Positions 33,601-46,200 of a DNA stretch of 64,000 nucleotides are shown piece after piece; position 1 is the first letter of the stretch, and every line of letters begins with the position of its first letter. The notes below the pieces were generated by a model that was not told the origin of the DNA, did not search any database, and saw nothing but the letters and a program-made list of their open reading frames with translations. Both the position numbers and the translations under genes were made by a program. The stretch comes from Malacoraja senta (Eukaryota): assembly GCA_038087875.1 (NCBI GenBank), contig CM075996.1, positions 4,156,001 to 4,220,000 of the forward strand, written 5' to 3'.

Positions 33601-36572
33601 GGAGATGAACAATTCTGGATTGATTCCTGATTTCTATTTCCCAAAGAAAATAGACATAAAGTGCAGGTGTAATTCTGGGCCAGGCAGCATCTCTCGAGAA
33701 CATATATAGGTGACGTTTTGGGTTGGGACCTTTTTTTAGAAAAAATTATCTAATTTGCGTTTAGACTCACCGAGTTACTCCAGCTTTTTGTGTCTATCTT
33801 CGGATTAAACCAGCATCTGCACTTCCTTCCTGCACACTCTGGCAAGTGATATGTGGGAACACAAGAAACTACAGATACTGGTTTACGAAAAAGGACACAT
33901 AGTGCTGGTAATAACTTAGCAGGTCAGGCAGATTCTCTGGAGAACATGGATAACTGATGTTTCGGGTCAGGACACTTCTTCAGATAGATGGTGGCGGGGA
34001 TGGGGGAGAGAACTGGAAGAGAGGTGGGGGCAGGACAAAGGTCTGGCAAGTGATAGGTGGTGACACAAGGAACTGCAGATGCTGGTTTATGGAAAAAAGA
34101 CATAAAGTGCTGGAATAACTCAGCAGGTCAGGTGGCATCTCTGGTACTGGACACAAAGGTGCTGTAGTAACTCAGCGGGCCAGACAACATCTCTGGAGCG
34201 GAAGTATAAAGTCTGAAGAAGGGTCCTGACCCGAAATGTCACCTATCCATGTTATTCAGAGATGCTGTTACTCCGGCACTTTTTTAGCAGATGGACGGCA
34301 ATGGTTAAAGCATTTAGATTTATTGAACTTAGACAAAAATGCTGAAGAAACTCAGCAGGTGAGGCAGCATCTATGGAGCAAAGGAAATAGGCAACGTTTT
34401 GGGCCGAAACCCTTCTTCAGACCTTCTTCCTTAGACTCCAGATTTATTGAACTAGCTGGTTTTCAGTTCCCTATTTGTTTGAGGTAACAAGAAGTGACAC
34501 CTGATCTTTTGGTTGCTTGTACCAGCAGCAGCTTAGCCTTTGGCATGGGAAGTCTTATCTGGTACGCACCTGTCGAGGAGAACGGTTTCATCTACATGAA
34601 AGATAGGGTGGACATAGGGGTCTTGGAATCAGAAGGGAATTGAGTTGTCCAGTTCAGGAATGGCCCTTCACTTCCGAATGTCCATGCTAACCTTTTGCCC
34701 CCTCATTTGCTTGCGTTTAAAATGGTGGCACAGCTGGTAGAGCTGCTGCCTCACAGCGCCAGAGACCCAGAATCCATCCTGACCTTGGCTGCTGTCTGTG
34801 TGGGGTTTGCACGTTGACCGTGTGGGTTCCCTCCAGGTGCTCTGGCTTCCTCCCACGTTCCAAAGACGTGTGGGTTTGCCAGTTAATTGGCCTCTGTAAA
34901 TTGCCTCTTGTGTGCAGAGAGTGGTTGAGAGAGTGAGATAACACAGAACTGTTGTAAATGGATGATCAATGGCCAATATGGACTAAGTTAGAACTGGGTC
35001 CTTTCTGCCTAAATTCTTAAACGGCGTTTGCACGTTCACCCCGTGACCGGTGTGGGTTTTCTCCGGGAGCTCTGGTTTCCTCCAACACTCCAAAGAAGTA
35101 CAGATTTGTAGGCTAACTGGCTTGGTAAAAATTGTAAATTGTCCCTAGTGTGTGTAGGATAGGGGATCGCTGGCCGGCGCTGACTCGGTGGGCCGAAGGT
35201 CCTGTTTCCACGCTGTACCTCTAAACTAAATAAAACAAAATTAAGATACTTCGAAACAACAGACAATAGACAATAGGTGCAGGAGTAGGCCATTCGGCCC
35301 TTCGAGCCAGCACCGCCATTCAATGTGATCATGGCTGATCATCCCCAATCAGTACCCCGTTCCTGCCTTCTCCCCATATCCCCTGATTCCGCTAGCCCTA
35401 AGAGCTCTATCTAGCTCTCTTTTGAAGATACAAAGTGCAGAGTACAGTTCTCAGCCTTGTAGTGCATCAGTTGTAAAATTTGTAAGTGCAATTTAGGTAT
35501 AATTGATGTTTTTGTGTGTTTGTTTGAGTATGTGCTTTTGATACTGCTACAAGCAAGATTTGCATTTAACCCGATACCTCATTGTAAATTGGACTTGACT
35601 TACTTACCTGATTCAAGGTAGTTTTACCCTCAACTTCATCTTATTCGGATATTCTGTTATTTTACTTTAATATTCTTTAGCATTGCTCAATTTTTGCGCC
35701 CCAATCATTCACCATTCTGCTGTTTTGCAATCTATTTATGGCATTTATTATTACTGTTTACTCGGCGAGCTTCAGGTGACGAACGAATTTTATTGCACCC
35801 TCGTGTATATAACAATAAACCAATCTAATCCAATCTAATGAGGTTATCTCTCTATGTCGGTGTTGAAAGAGCAAGTGGCAAATTGCAAAAGCAAAGACAG
35901 AAATGGAAATATTGTGAATTTGTTATGTGGTTGACAAAGGCAGAATGTTACCCAATGCGGTGTTTAAACAATTGAGTAGCACTATACTTTTCAACACGCA
36001 GTAGAGACCATTCAGCCCATTTGGTCCATGCTAGCACCAGGAGATCAATCTCATGACTCCCATTATCTGTTATTTCCTGATTTAACCCTGACTCAGTCAG
36101 CAGAAGGGTCTCGACCCAAAATGTCACCCATTCCTTCTCTCCAGAGATCCTGCCTGAGTTACTCCTGCGTTTGCCAGCATTTTGTGTCTATCTTCGGTTT
36201 AACCCAGCGTCTGTAGTTCCTTCCTACACGCAGACTGCAAGGGAGGTTTGTGGCACTCACACGTGAAGATTGGCCAAGCTTCGTGCCCTGGCTCGCTGTG
36301 AGAAAACAATGGGACTTAGAATTGGAATTTTAAAGCAGGCTGTCAGCTGTGAAGGGGTTGTTCACACGGAGATGTAAACAGGATGGACTGATGATGCTCT
36401 CTGCTGAACTTCAACTATCTGCCTTTGTGGCTGAACTCCTGTGATCTTGGATGTCTTCAAGTCAGTAGTTAAGTATCGACCACAGCTTCATTAAATCACC
36501 CAATTCATGGACAGCAGCAGAGAGAATAAAGGGAGTGGGGATGATGGGAATGATCATCAATCAATTTAGTCA

Positions 36573-36893
36573 GTCACGGTGGCGCAGCGTTAGAGTTGCT
36601 GCCTTACAGCGAATGCAACGCCGGAGACCCGGGTTCGATCCCGACTACGGGTTCTGTCTGTACGGAGTTTGTACGTTCTCCCCGTGACCTTGCGAAGAGT
36701 TTTCTCCGAGATCATCGGTTTCCTCCCACACTCCAAAGACGTACAGGTTTGTAGGTTAATTGGCTTGATAAATGTAAAAATTGTCCCTAGTGGGTGTAGG
36801 ATGGTGTTAACGTGTGGTGATTGCTGGTTGGCGCGGACCCGGTGGGCCGAAGGGACTGATTCCGTGCTGTATCTCTAAACTAAACTAAACTAA
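36573..36893 (+). mobile_element. HE1-type tRNA-derived V-SINE (representative; 20 or more copies or fragments in the window)
   Basis: A/B boxes (TGGCGCAGCG, GGTTCGATCCC), V-core GGTTTCCTCCCACA, CR1-type tail GGGCCGAAGGG...CTGTATCTC(TAAAC)n. Confidence 0.85.
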
Positions 36894-37281
36894 TTTGCTT
36901 TAGCAGTCATTTTTGTACCATAAAGAGAACAATTTTGTAATTTTTTAAGAACTCCCATGGCACAGGAATAATCAACTGGACTAGAGGTCATAGCCTCAGA
37001 ACCAAAGGACGTTCTTTTACGAAGGAAATGAGGAGGAATTTGTTTAGTCAGAGGGTGGTGAATCTGTGGAATTCATCGCCACAGAAGGCTGTGGAGTCCA
37101 AGTCAGCGGATATATTTAAGGCAGAGATAGATAGAGTCTTGATTAGTACGGGTGTTAGAGGTCATGGGTCGATGATCAGCTTGGACTCGGTGGGCCGATG
37201 GGCCTGTTTCCCTGCTTAATCTCTAAACTAAACTCAGCTAAGGTAAGCTAAGGTGAACTAAGGTAAACTAAACTAAACTTA

Positions 37282-37537
37282 AGTGCCTGTCCCACTTGAC
37301 GATTTTTTCGGAGACTGCCGGCGTCATATCAGTGTCGCCAAAAGATTTTGAACATGTTAAAATCCTGCGACACTTGAAAAAACACTGCGCGTCATACGTC
37401 ATCACGCCGTGTCACCGCCGCATCATACGTCATCACCCCGCGTCATGCCACATCACGTCGCATATTTTTTGGTGACCTAATACATCAATCAATGATGCCG
37501 GCAGTCGCTGAAAAAATCGCCAAGTGGGACAGGCTCT
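37282..37537. mobile_element. MITE, PIF/Harbinger-like (TIR core CTGTCCCAC)
   Basis: ~45-bp imperfect TIRs, TTAA context at both ends. Confidence 0.75.
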
Positions 37538-39399
37538 TAAAATGGAATAGACCTTCAGCCTAATATTTCTGTGCCTAACATGATGGTAAAATAAATTAAT
37601 TTAATCTGCCTGCACATGATCTTTCCCTGCATTTAGCTGCTTATCCACTACACCATTATGTATCTGCTTCCACCACCACCACCCCTAGCAGCTAGTACCA
37701 TGCATACACCACTCTCTGTGTACAAAAACTTGCCGCACACATTCCCTTCATACTTTGCCCCTCTCACCTTAAAACTTTGCCCTCCAGCCGTTGCCATTTC
37801 CACCCTGGGAAATGGTTCTGTCGACCCTAACTATGCCACTTATAATTTTATATGCTTCTGTATCAGATCTCCCCTCAGCCTCTGGCGTTTCAGACCAAAA
37901 AAATCCAAATGTGTTCAATTCTCCAACACCATGACTTAGCAGCCTGTTCTGGACACCCACCATCTTCTGTGCAAAAAAAACTCCCTCGCACATTTCCCTT
38001 AAACCTTGCTCCAGTCACCCTTTCCAGTTCAGTTGGTCAAGGTTTGCTCATTTCCTTATCTTGCAAAAGCGAACTACAATATTATTATCCAAAGAGAAGT
38101 GAGATAGAGGAAATAGTTTGTGGGGGAAGGAACCGCAGATGCAGGTTTAAACCGGAGATAGACACAAAAATCTGGAGTTACTCAGCGGGTCAGGCAGCAT
38201 CTCTGGAGAAAAGGAATGGGTGACTTTTCGTGTCGAGACTAAAGAAAGGGCTTGACCTGAAACGTCACCTATTCCTTTTCTCCAGAGATGCTGTCTGACC
38301 CACCGAGTTGCTCCAGCTTTTTGTGTCGAAAATAGTTTGGGGGGATCTGTTTAAATGCACATGCACTTTTTCTTTACAACTACATGGAATTTGGAAAAAA
38401 AAGAGAAAGTCAGAAAAAAAATTAGGTGGCACGTTGGTGTAGCCTCACAGCGCCAGTTCGCTCTTGACCTCAGGTGCTATCTGTGTGGAGTTTGTACGTT
38501 CTCTCTGAGACTACGTGGGTTTTCTCCGGGTGCTCCGGTTTCAATAGACAATAGACAATAGGTGCAGGAGTAGGCCATTCGGCCCTTCGAGCCAGCACCG
38601 CCATTCAATGTGATCATGGCTGATCATCCACAATCAGTACCCCATTCCTGCCTTCTCCCCATATCCCCTGACTCCGCTATCTTTTACAGCCCTATCTAGC
38701 TCTCTCTTGAAAGTATCCAGAGAACCGGCCTCCACCGCCCTCTGAGGCAGAGAATTCCACAGACTCACAACTCTCTGTGAGAAAAAGTGTTTCCTCGTCT
38801 CCGTTGTAAATGGCTTACTCCTTATTCTTAAACTGTGGCCCCTCCCGCATCTCTAAGACGTGCGGGATTGTAGGTATAAATTGGCTTCTGAAAATTGTCC
38901 CCACTGTGTGTGATGCGAAAGTGGGAAGGTGATCGATGGTCAGCGTGAACTCGGTGGGCTGAGGGGCCTGTTTCCATGCTGTATCGCTAAACTAAACTAA
39001 ACTAGAAAAGTAGTGCAGCGTGAAGTGTAGATGGAGTCAATGGTGGGGAGTCTGGTCTGTGTGATGGTCTTTGCAATTTCTCACGGTCTTGGGCAGAGCT
39101 GCTCCCAAACCAAGCTGCGATGCATGCTTTCTTGGTTGGCATCTTGGTTGGCATGGATGAGTTAGGTCAAAGGGCCTGTTCCCATGCTGTATGACTCCAG
39201 GACTCTATAACACAAGTTAAGCCTTGGCTATGCATTGGTCATCATCATCACAGTGAGTAAAGTATAGATGTGATTGCTCTGGGAAGATTGCATAGATTTC
39301 CGGCCATGTCACCAGGACTGGAATATTGAATAAACCCATGTTGTTCCATTTGAAACAGAGAAGGCTGAAGGAAGGCTGGATTCAGGTATGTCATGTCAA

Positions 39400-39780
39400 G
39401 GAGGACTTGGACAATACAGCTCAGCCCCTCCATGACACACTGGTCAACCTGAGGAGCACCTTCAGAAACATACTGGTTCCACCAAGATGCAGGACAGAAC
39501 GCCACAGGAGATCCTTCTTCCATGTGGCTATCAAACTGTACAACTCCTCCCCCTTCGGTCGTGGGGTAGACTGAGACTGACACCCCTCCCCCTCCCCTCC
39601 CCCTCCCCTCCCCCTCCCCTCCCCTCCCCTCCCCCTCCCCTCCCCTCCCCAATCTGTGCACATCCCCAATCCTTTCCACTCGTCACTTTAATTTCATGTT
39701 TCATGTATTTTGTGTTTTGATGACTGTTGGCAGAGCAATTTCCCTCCTTGGGGTAAATAAAGTTCTATCGTATTGTATTG
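39400..39780 (+). mobile_element. Rex1/Babar-like LINE 3' fragment
   Basis: PLHDTL...PRCRTERHRRSFF..AIKLYN peptide followed by a (TATTG)-like tail. Confidence 0.6.
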
Positions 39781-40135
39781 TAGTGACCTGGACGCAGTCA
39801 GAAAAAAGTTAGACGCCAGGCAGGTTCAAAGGTTCTTTAATGAAGGTGGTGAGCATCCACTCACAACGAGTTCCACCGCAGGGAAAAAACAAAACTCCCA
39901 GAAAAACCCCTGAGCAGAAACCAGACGCCTGTGGGCAGTCGCTCGTCCCTGTCCCTCAAGTGCCGAGGGGGATGACCCAAGGAGTGGTCTAATATCCAGG
40001 GAACGCCATAGTATCAATATATACTAAATGGAAGGACCTATTCTCCATAGGAAGGTGGTTAAAAAGCAGGGAATGCGCGAGTTGGATTTAAGTACATTTA
40101 AATTAATAGATTAGAAATAAATTGATTTCATCCCA

Positions 40136-40189
40136 GGGGAGGGAGATTGCAACCTTCATGTGGTCCACCCTGTTTCGACGAATGCAATC
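40136..40189 (+). ncRNA. HDV-like ribozyme copy (one P1 mismatch, L3 UUCAUGU)
   Basis: Same fold; G1 directly follows the left TSD. Confidence 0.6.
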
Positions 40190-40518
40190 AACCTGGCGTG
40201 CACAAACAGAAGATCAAAGAGAACAAGTTGTCTTACAACTTTAATAATAATATAATAATAAGTTTATTTATATAGCACATTTTCCAATTGAATTAAATCA
40301 AAAGCCAAAGTGCTTTACAGTTAACTAACCATACAAATAATAAAAAGAGATAGAAAAAATGACAACACACTATAAGAGATTTTACACAAACACGAACATC
40401 CCCCCACAGTAGAATCTACACTCTCCACTGTGAGGGAAGGCACTAAAATGTCCAGTCCTCCTCCTCCTCCTAGTCCACCCTAGTCCATCTTGCACGCCAT
40501 ACGCAAGATGAAGAGGAA
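40136..40518 (+). mobile_element. Ribozyme-headed retroposon copy interrupted by another repeat (~40243-40490)
   Basis: Perfect 12-bp TSD GATTTCATCCCA (40124-40135, 40519-40530). Confidence 0.8.
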
Positions 40519-41299
40519 GATTTCATCCCAAAGATAGTGATGGTCTGGTAGACACTGCCTCAAAAAGGAGTAAAGGCAGAACTTCACATCACAGCCACGA
40601 AGTAATTGGATGCGTATACCTGTAGAGGTTAGGGACAGGGAGGCTGGGTCACTATTTATGGCCAGCATGGAAAGCAGGGCCAAATGGCCTCATGTGTTGT
40701 ACATTCTCCATGATTTTTTCCCTGCAGTAACTAGCTCCCCTTGTGAGTAATTACAGCACAGTGCTCCCATTAGCCGCAAATGCATAATACCAGTGTGACA
40801 CCTTTACATATATATGCAGATTTTTTTTATTGCACAGATAGATATTAATATTAAATGTAAAAGTGAACAGGAATATAATGGCATAGTTTTTCATTTATTA
40901 ATTGCCTATCAAATTTTATTGATCTACAAACCAAATAATTACTTTTAATTGATTATAAAGCTCTGAACTAACATTGAACAAATCCAAAATAAAACAGATA
41001 ATGCTGGAAGTACTCAGCAGGCTAGGCAACATTTGGGACCAAGAGGGTTATCTTTCAAGTCCAAGAATTTTCACTTTCACATTCTGCCAATTCCATACTG
41101 TTTGCAAAGGTTTTAAACTTGTGAGAACTTTCTAACCAAACAAGTGAAAAAAAAACATTGTGGTCAAATCGATCATTTATTTGTTTGAAGGAGAAACAGT
41201 TATTATTTCTTAGTCAAGTCAAGTCAAGTCACTTTTATTTATATAGCACATTTAAAAAACAACTCTCATTGGCCAAAGTGCTTTACATTCTTAGGTCCT

Positions 41300-41615
41300 T
41301 TTAGTTTAGTTTAGTTTAGTTCAGAGATACAGCGCAGCAACAGGCCCTTTGGCCCACCGAGTCCGCACCAACCAGCGACCCCTGCACGCTAACACTATCC
41401 TACACACACTAGGACCATTTTTACACATACACCAAGCCAATTAACCTACATCACAATTAACCTACGACTTTGGAGTGTGGGAGGAAACCGAAGGTCTCAG
41501 AGAAAACCCACGCGGTCATGGGGAGAAGGTACAAACTCCGTACAGGCAGCACCCGTAGTCGGGATCGAACCCGGGTCTCTGGCAGGCAGCAACTCTACCG
41601 CTGCGCCACCGTGGC
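41300..41615 (-). mobile_element. HE1-type SINE
   Basis: Reverse-strand copy with (TAAAC)n tail. Confidence 0.8.
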
Positions 41616-43003
41616 CTCCCTTACTCGGGTAGAAATCATAACTTCAATAACTTTGTTGCTCCCTGGATTAGGTAGTATTACTTACAAGGTGCCCGCCTCT
41701 ACTTTAAGTCTGAGGAAGGTTTCCGACCCGAAACGTCACCTATTCTTTTTTTTCCAAAGATGCTGCCTAATCTGCTGAGTTACTCCGGCACTTTGTGTCT
41801 ATTTTTGGATAGACTCTGGAACTCCTGTGCTTGCAGGGAGACCTGAGAGAAGTATATACAATTACGAGAGGCATAGATAAGGTAGACAGTCAGAACTTTT
41901 ACCCAGGATGAAAATATCAAAGACAAGTGGGCATAGCTTTCAGGTGAGAGGAGAAAAGTTTCAGGGAAATGTGCGGGACAAGTTTTTTTACACACACAGA
42001 GGTGGAACGCAATGCGTGGGGTGGTGATGGCGATAGATACAATAGTGATGTTTAAACAGATTTTGGATAGTTACATGGATATGAGGGAATGGATGGATAT
42101 GGATCATGTGCAGGCAGATGGAGATCAGTTTATCTTGGCATCATGTTCGGCACCTACATTGTGGGCTGAAGGTCCTGTTTTACACAATCCCGCAAGCATT
42201 GCCACTTTCATTTCACTGTACATCTTGTATGTGTTTGTGACAAATAAAGTTGACTTGACTCGATTGTTTCTGTGTAGGAAGGAACTGCAGATGCTGGTTT
42301 AAACCGAAGGTAGTCACAAAATGCCAGAGTAACTCAGCGGGACAGGCAGCAACTCTGGATCGAAGGAATGGGTGACGTTTTAGGTCGAAAGCCTTCTTCA
42401 GAGTGGAATTCAGGGGGAGAGTGAAACACAGAGGTAAGTAAGTGTAAGGTGTGAAAACGAGACATCAAAGGGGATGGAGATGGAGGAAAATGTAGAATAG
42501 ATCATCATTGTCAGCTAGGAGTAGGTGACACCGAAGCATAGGGTGGGTTAAAACGAGGTTGTCGTGCTGGAGAGCTGGCCTGTTCCTGTGCTGGACTTTT
42601 CTCTAAAGTTAGACACAAAATGCCAGAGTAACTCAGTGGGACAGGCAGCATCTCTGGAGAGGAATGGGTGACGTTTCGGGTCGAGACTCTTCTTCAGACC
42701 CTTCGTCTGAAGAAGGGTCTCGACTCAAAACATTACCCATTCCTCCTCCCCAGAGACGCTGCCTATCCCGCTGAGTTACTCCAACTTTTCGTGTCTATCT
42801 TCGGTTCAAACCAGCATCTGCAGTTCCTTCCTGCACTGTACTCTATTGTACTCTGCTCCATTGTCCTTAAGTTTTAGTTTGCTTTATTCATCGCTGGAAG
42901 TATGTTGTTTGTGCATCTTTAAAAAAAATAGTGAGGACATTTTCATCAATGGGTCAATCCAATTTGCAATGAAACTCTATAAAGGAGTGAGTGTTTGGGC
43001 ATC

Positions 43004-43140
43004 TGCGCATGCGCAACGGGTTGTCAGGCGGCGGCGGTGGTTGCCGGGGCAACGAGAGGCGGCGGTTGCCGGGGCGACGGGCTATATCTCCCGGCATGCG
43101 TCGGGAAAGAGAAGGCGGTGTTGGCCCAACAACATGGCGG
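43004..43140 (+). promoter_or_regulatory. FUZ CpG-rich promoter: NRF1 palindrome TGCGCATGCGCA (43004-43015), RFX X-boxes GTTGCCGGGGCAAC (43040-43053) and GTTGCCGGGGCGAC (43065-43078), YY1-like CAACATGGCG over the ATG
   Basis: Motifs read directly and match established consensus sequences. Confidence 0.75.
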
Positions 43141-43217
43141 GCAGTGTGCAGCTATTATGCTTGGCAACCAACAGTGGCGTGCCCCTGTACTGCAGGAGCA
43201 AGGGAGAGAGCAGGCAG
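43134..43217 (+). CDS. FUZ: FUZ exon 1 ([28 protein letters not shown])
   Basis: aacATGG Kozak context, 84 nt, donor CAG|gtaact. Confidence 0.93.
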
Positions 43218-46200
43218 GTAACTCACTGTTCAAGCTTCATTGTGCATTCGTGCATTGTGCAAGGTCCTGCTGGCTAAAATGGTCTTTTGTATGACATTTG
43301 AATAAAGTTATGTTGATCACTAAATATCACAGAAATATTGCAAAACAAAACCAGTGCAATTCATCGTGTATGCAGGCATTATTATCCGGAAGGATGGTGG
43401 TAATGGAAGTGGTCTTCCTTAATTAGGATTTCCTTAATTAGGATGAGTGCAGTAGATGTGGTACCTATTCATCTTTGGGATGTATCAATGTCAGAATGCT
43501 CATCTGATCTGATTTATCATTTAATTGGATTTAAAAAATGTGCTGTCTAAAAAAAGTGGGCCGTTTTTATCGAATGTTGAAAGGATAGAAAGGCTGGTAT
43601 TATTTACTCGCCTCAAATTGCCTTGGGAAAGTGGTGGAGAGTTGCCTGAGGTCCTGTCACAGTTCTTCTAGTGAAGGCTTTCCCACACTGTAGGAGGGTA
43701 CAGGATTTAGATCCAGTGATGAATGAGAGAACAGGCATACTTCCAAATCAAATTGGATTGTGGCTTGGAGTGACTCAGGTTGGTTGATGGCAATGATGCT
43801 GCCTCATTAGTCATGGTAGGTGAATTGGATTTGATGAAGTGTTGTTGGAGTACCCTTCATGAGTTACTGTATTGCATCATGTACATACTACAGCTATGGT
43901 GGCAGTGTGGATGTGTAAGGTGACGATTAAGCTGAACTGGTAAGTAAGTCTAGAACCACCCAGTCTCACTCCCGAAACGTTGCCTGTCTGAAGAAAGGGT
44001 TTCGGCCCAAAACGTTGCCTATTTCCTTCGCTCCATAGATGCTGCCTCACCCGCTGAGTTTCTCCAGCATTTTTGTCTACCCTCACTCTAAAGCTGCATG
44101 ATAAGAGCAGGAGTAGCCCGTTCAAGTGGATCGTGGATAATGTTAATCTTAACTCAATCCTGATCAAAATGCTGAGGAGGGACGCACTGAAGCTTGGTGC
44201 AGCCAAGGCTCTGTGGGGAAGGACCACAGTCTAGGGTCCTTCTGCTGCTGGACATGGGGAGCAGGGTGTGGTGGAGACGCCCCTCAAAATAAGGGAAGGG
44301 ATTCGTCGCCAGTGGGACACATGAGTGGCAAGGGTGGGGGATAAATTTGCGTAATTTGTGTAAACAGCATTGAATGTATGTATGTAGACAAAAATGCTGG
44401 AGAAACTCAGCGGGTGAGGCAGCATCTATGGAGCGAAGGAATAGGTGACGTTTCGGGTCGAGTCTCTTCTTCATGTATAGCCTCCGAGAATATTGGATGG
44501 AGTCTTGTAAAGATCATGTATTGGATATATTTATTTCTCGAATAATGTATATTTTGAAATAAACAATTTAAAAAAATTTGAAATTTTGCCCACCCTGCCT
44601 ATAAGAGCAGGACTTTTTCTTTTGAAGGCAGCTAGATTCCCAGCTTTTCGCTGCTCTGTGCAAACGAGTGTAATTTCTGACCGTGCCCATTTTTCTGAAG
44701 TTTTTGGTGTTGTCGCACGACTGTCAGGCAATGACCTCCAGCAGGTGAGGTTGCATCAATCTCTACTTGACATTCAACAGCATTTCACTGAAATCCATCC
44801 CGGTATCGTCCTCGGGGGGGGGGGGGGGGGGGGGTTATTGGACAAAATACTTTGGATACAAGAAGAAGGACAGCATGTGTGAAGTGAGGAACAATAATAA
44901 CACTTATGGTCAGTTCCTCGTCTTTGGAACAGTCTGAAGAAGGGACTTGACCCGAAACGTCACCCATTCCTTCTCTCCAGAGATGCTGCCTGTCCCGCTG
45001 AGTTACTCCAGCACTTTGTGTCTATCTTTGATTTAAACCAGCCTCTGCAGTTCTTTCCTACACCTCCTTGGAATATCTTTGTTTCTGATGAATGGCCATT
45101 GAACTAGAGTGTTAACCCTTTTTTCTCACTCTCTCCTTACAATGTCGCATGCCCCGTTGAATATTTCCAGCATTTCCTGTGTCTATTTCAGATTTCCAGC
45201 ATCTGCTGATTTTTTTCATTTTTGTTGGCTTGCTTACGTGCTGGGTATTGTGCGGCGATGATTCACCTCAGAATCTTCCTACCATCTGCAAGGCGCACGT
45301 TTGGAAGTGCGATGGGCTCCCTTGTCAGATCATTTTAAACACTGTGTGGATGCAGGGAAACCGCTTCAGTGGACCATGTGATTTTATTTAACTCAGAAAG
45401 TTGCCCGTTTTCTTTGCAGCTCCCATTCTCTGTGATTGGTTCCCTAAATGGCGTGCACATGTTCGGGAGCAACCAGGACGTTCTGCTGACTAGCACCTGC
45501 ACTGACAACACCAGAGTCTGCTGGAGAGTCTTCCGGGACAGGTGAGGTGTGAAAAAATATCACTGAGTCTGACTCAGAGTGGGATGTACTCAGAATTACA
45601 TTTAAAATCACTTCCTCGAAAAACTTAAAAGGATTCTTTTTGGAGAGACGGAATGCGTGATGTTTAGGGTCCAGACCCGTCTTCAGACCGAAGGAGGGTC
45701 TCGACCCGAAAGGTCACCCATTTCTTCCCTCCAGAGATGTTGTCTGACCCGCTGCGTTACTCCAGCATTTGTGTCTATGATGTGCATCTTGTCCAGACAG
45801 TGTAAGCCTGGGCATCGAACACAGTTCACCCATCGGTCAAGTTGCCTGTTTTTACCCAAAACTCATTCCCCCATTTGCCCCCTCCCCCCACCTCCCCACT
45901 GATGCTGATGTTCCCTACTGCAGTCACCCATTCCTTCTATGCTGCCTGTCCAGCATTTTGTATCTATCTTCGGTGTAAACCAGCATCTGCAGTTCCTTCC
46001 TACACAGAGGATTATTTATATTGTGGGAGGAAGGTGTATTTAAGGACATCTCAGTAAATCATTTTGATTGAGGATGCAAGTGAGTTGGCTGGAAAGAACC
46101 AGATTTTGTTTTTTGTCCCTGGACATTTAGAATTGTGCAATGAGAAGAAATTATTTCTGGTAACAATGCCTGGATTTAGAAATCCAATGTTGCTCTCCTT

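Noticed and set aside
36261..36295. 35-nt minus-strand segment with good splice signals (ttttctcacag...gtgagt), plus weaker exon-like pieces near 31160-31245, 31512-31632 and 34500-34590
   Set aside because: No recognisable peptide, no consistent frame linking them, and 31512-31632 has stops in all frames. A lncRNA or upstream exon cannot be excluded without RNA-seq.
36573..36655. tRNA-like sequences with A and B boxes (many copies)
   Set aside because: They are SINE heads that continue into the V-core and lack a proper acceptor stem.
39779..40110. Possible solo LTR (starts TGTAGTGACC, ATTAAA on the minus strand)
   Set aside because: Second terminus, TSD and internal coding sequence could not be identified.
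42846..43133. Upstream in-frame extension of FUZ suggested by ORF 42846-43277
   Set aside because: FUZ similarity starts at the Kozak ATG 43134; the upstream part is promoter and repeat sequence.
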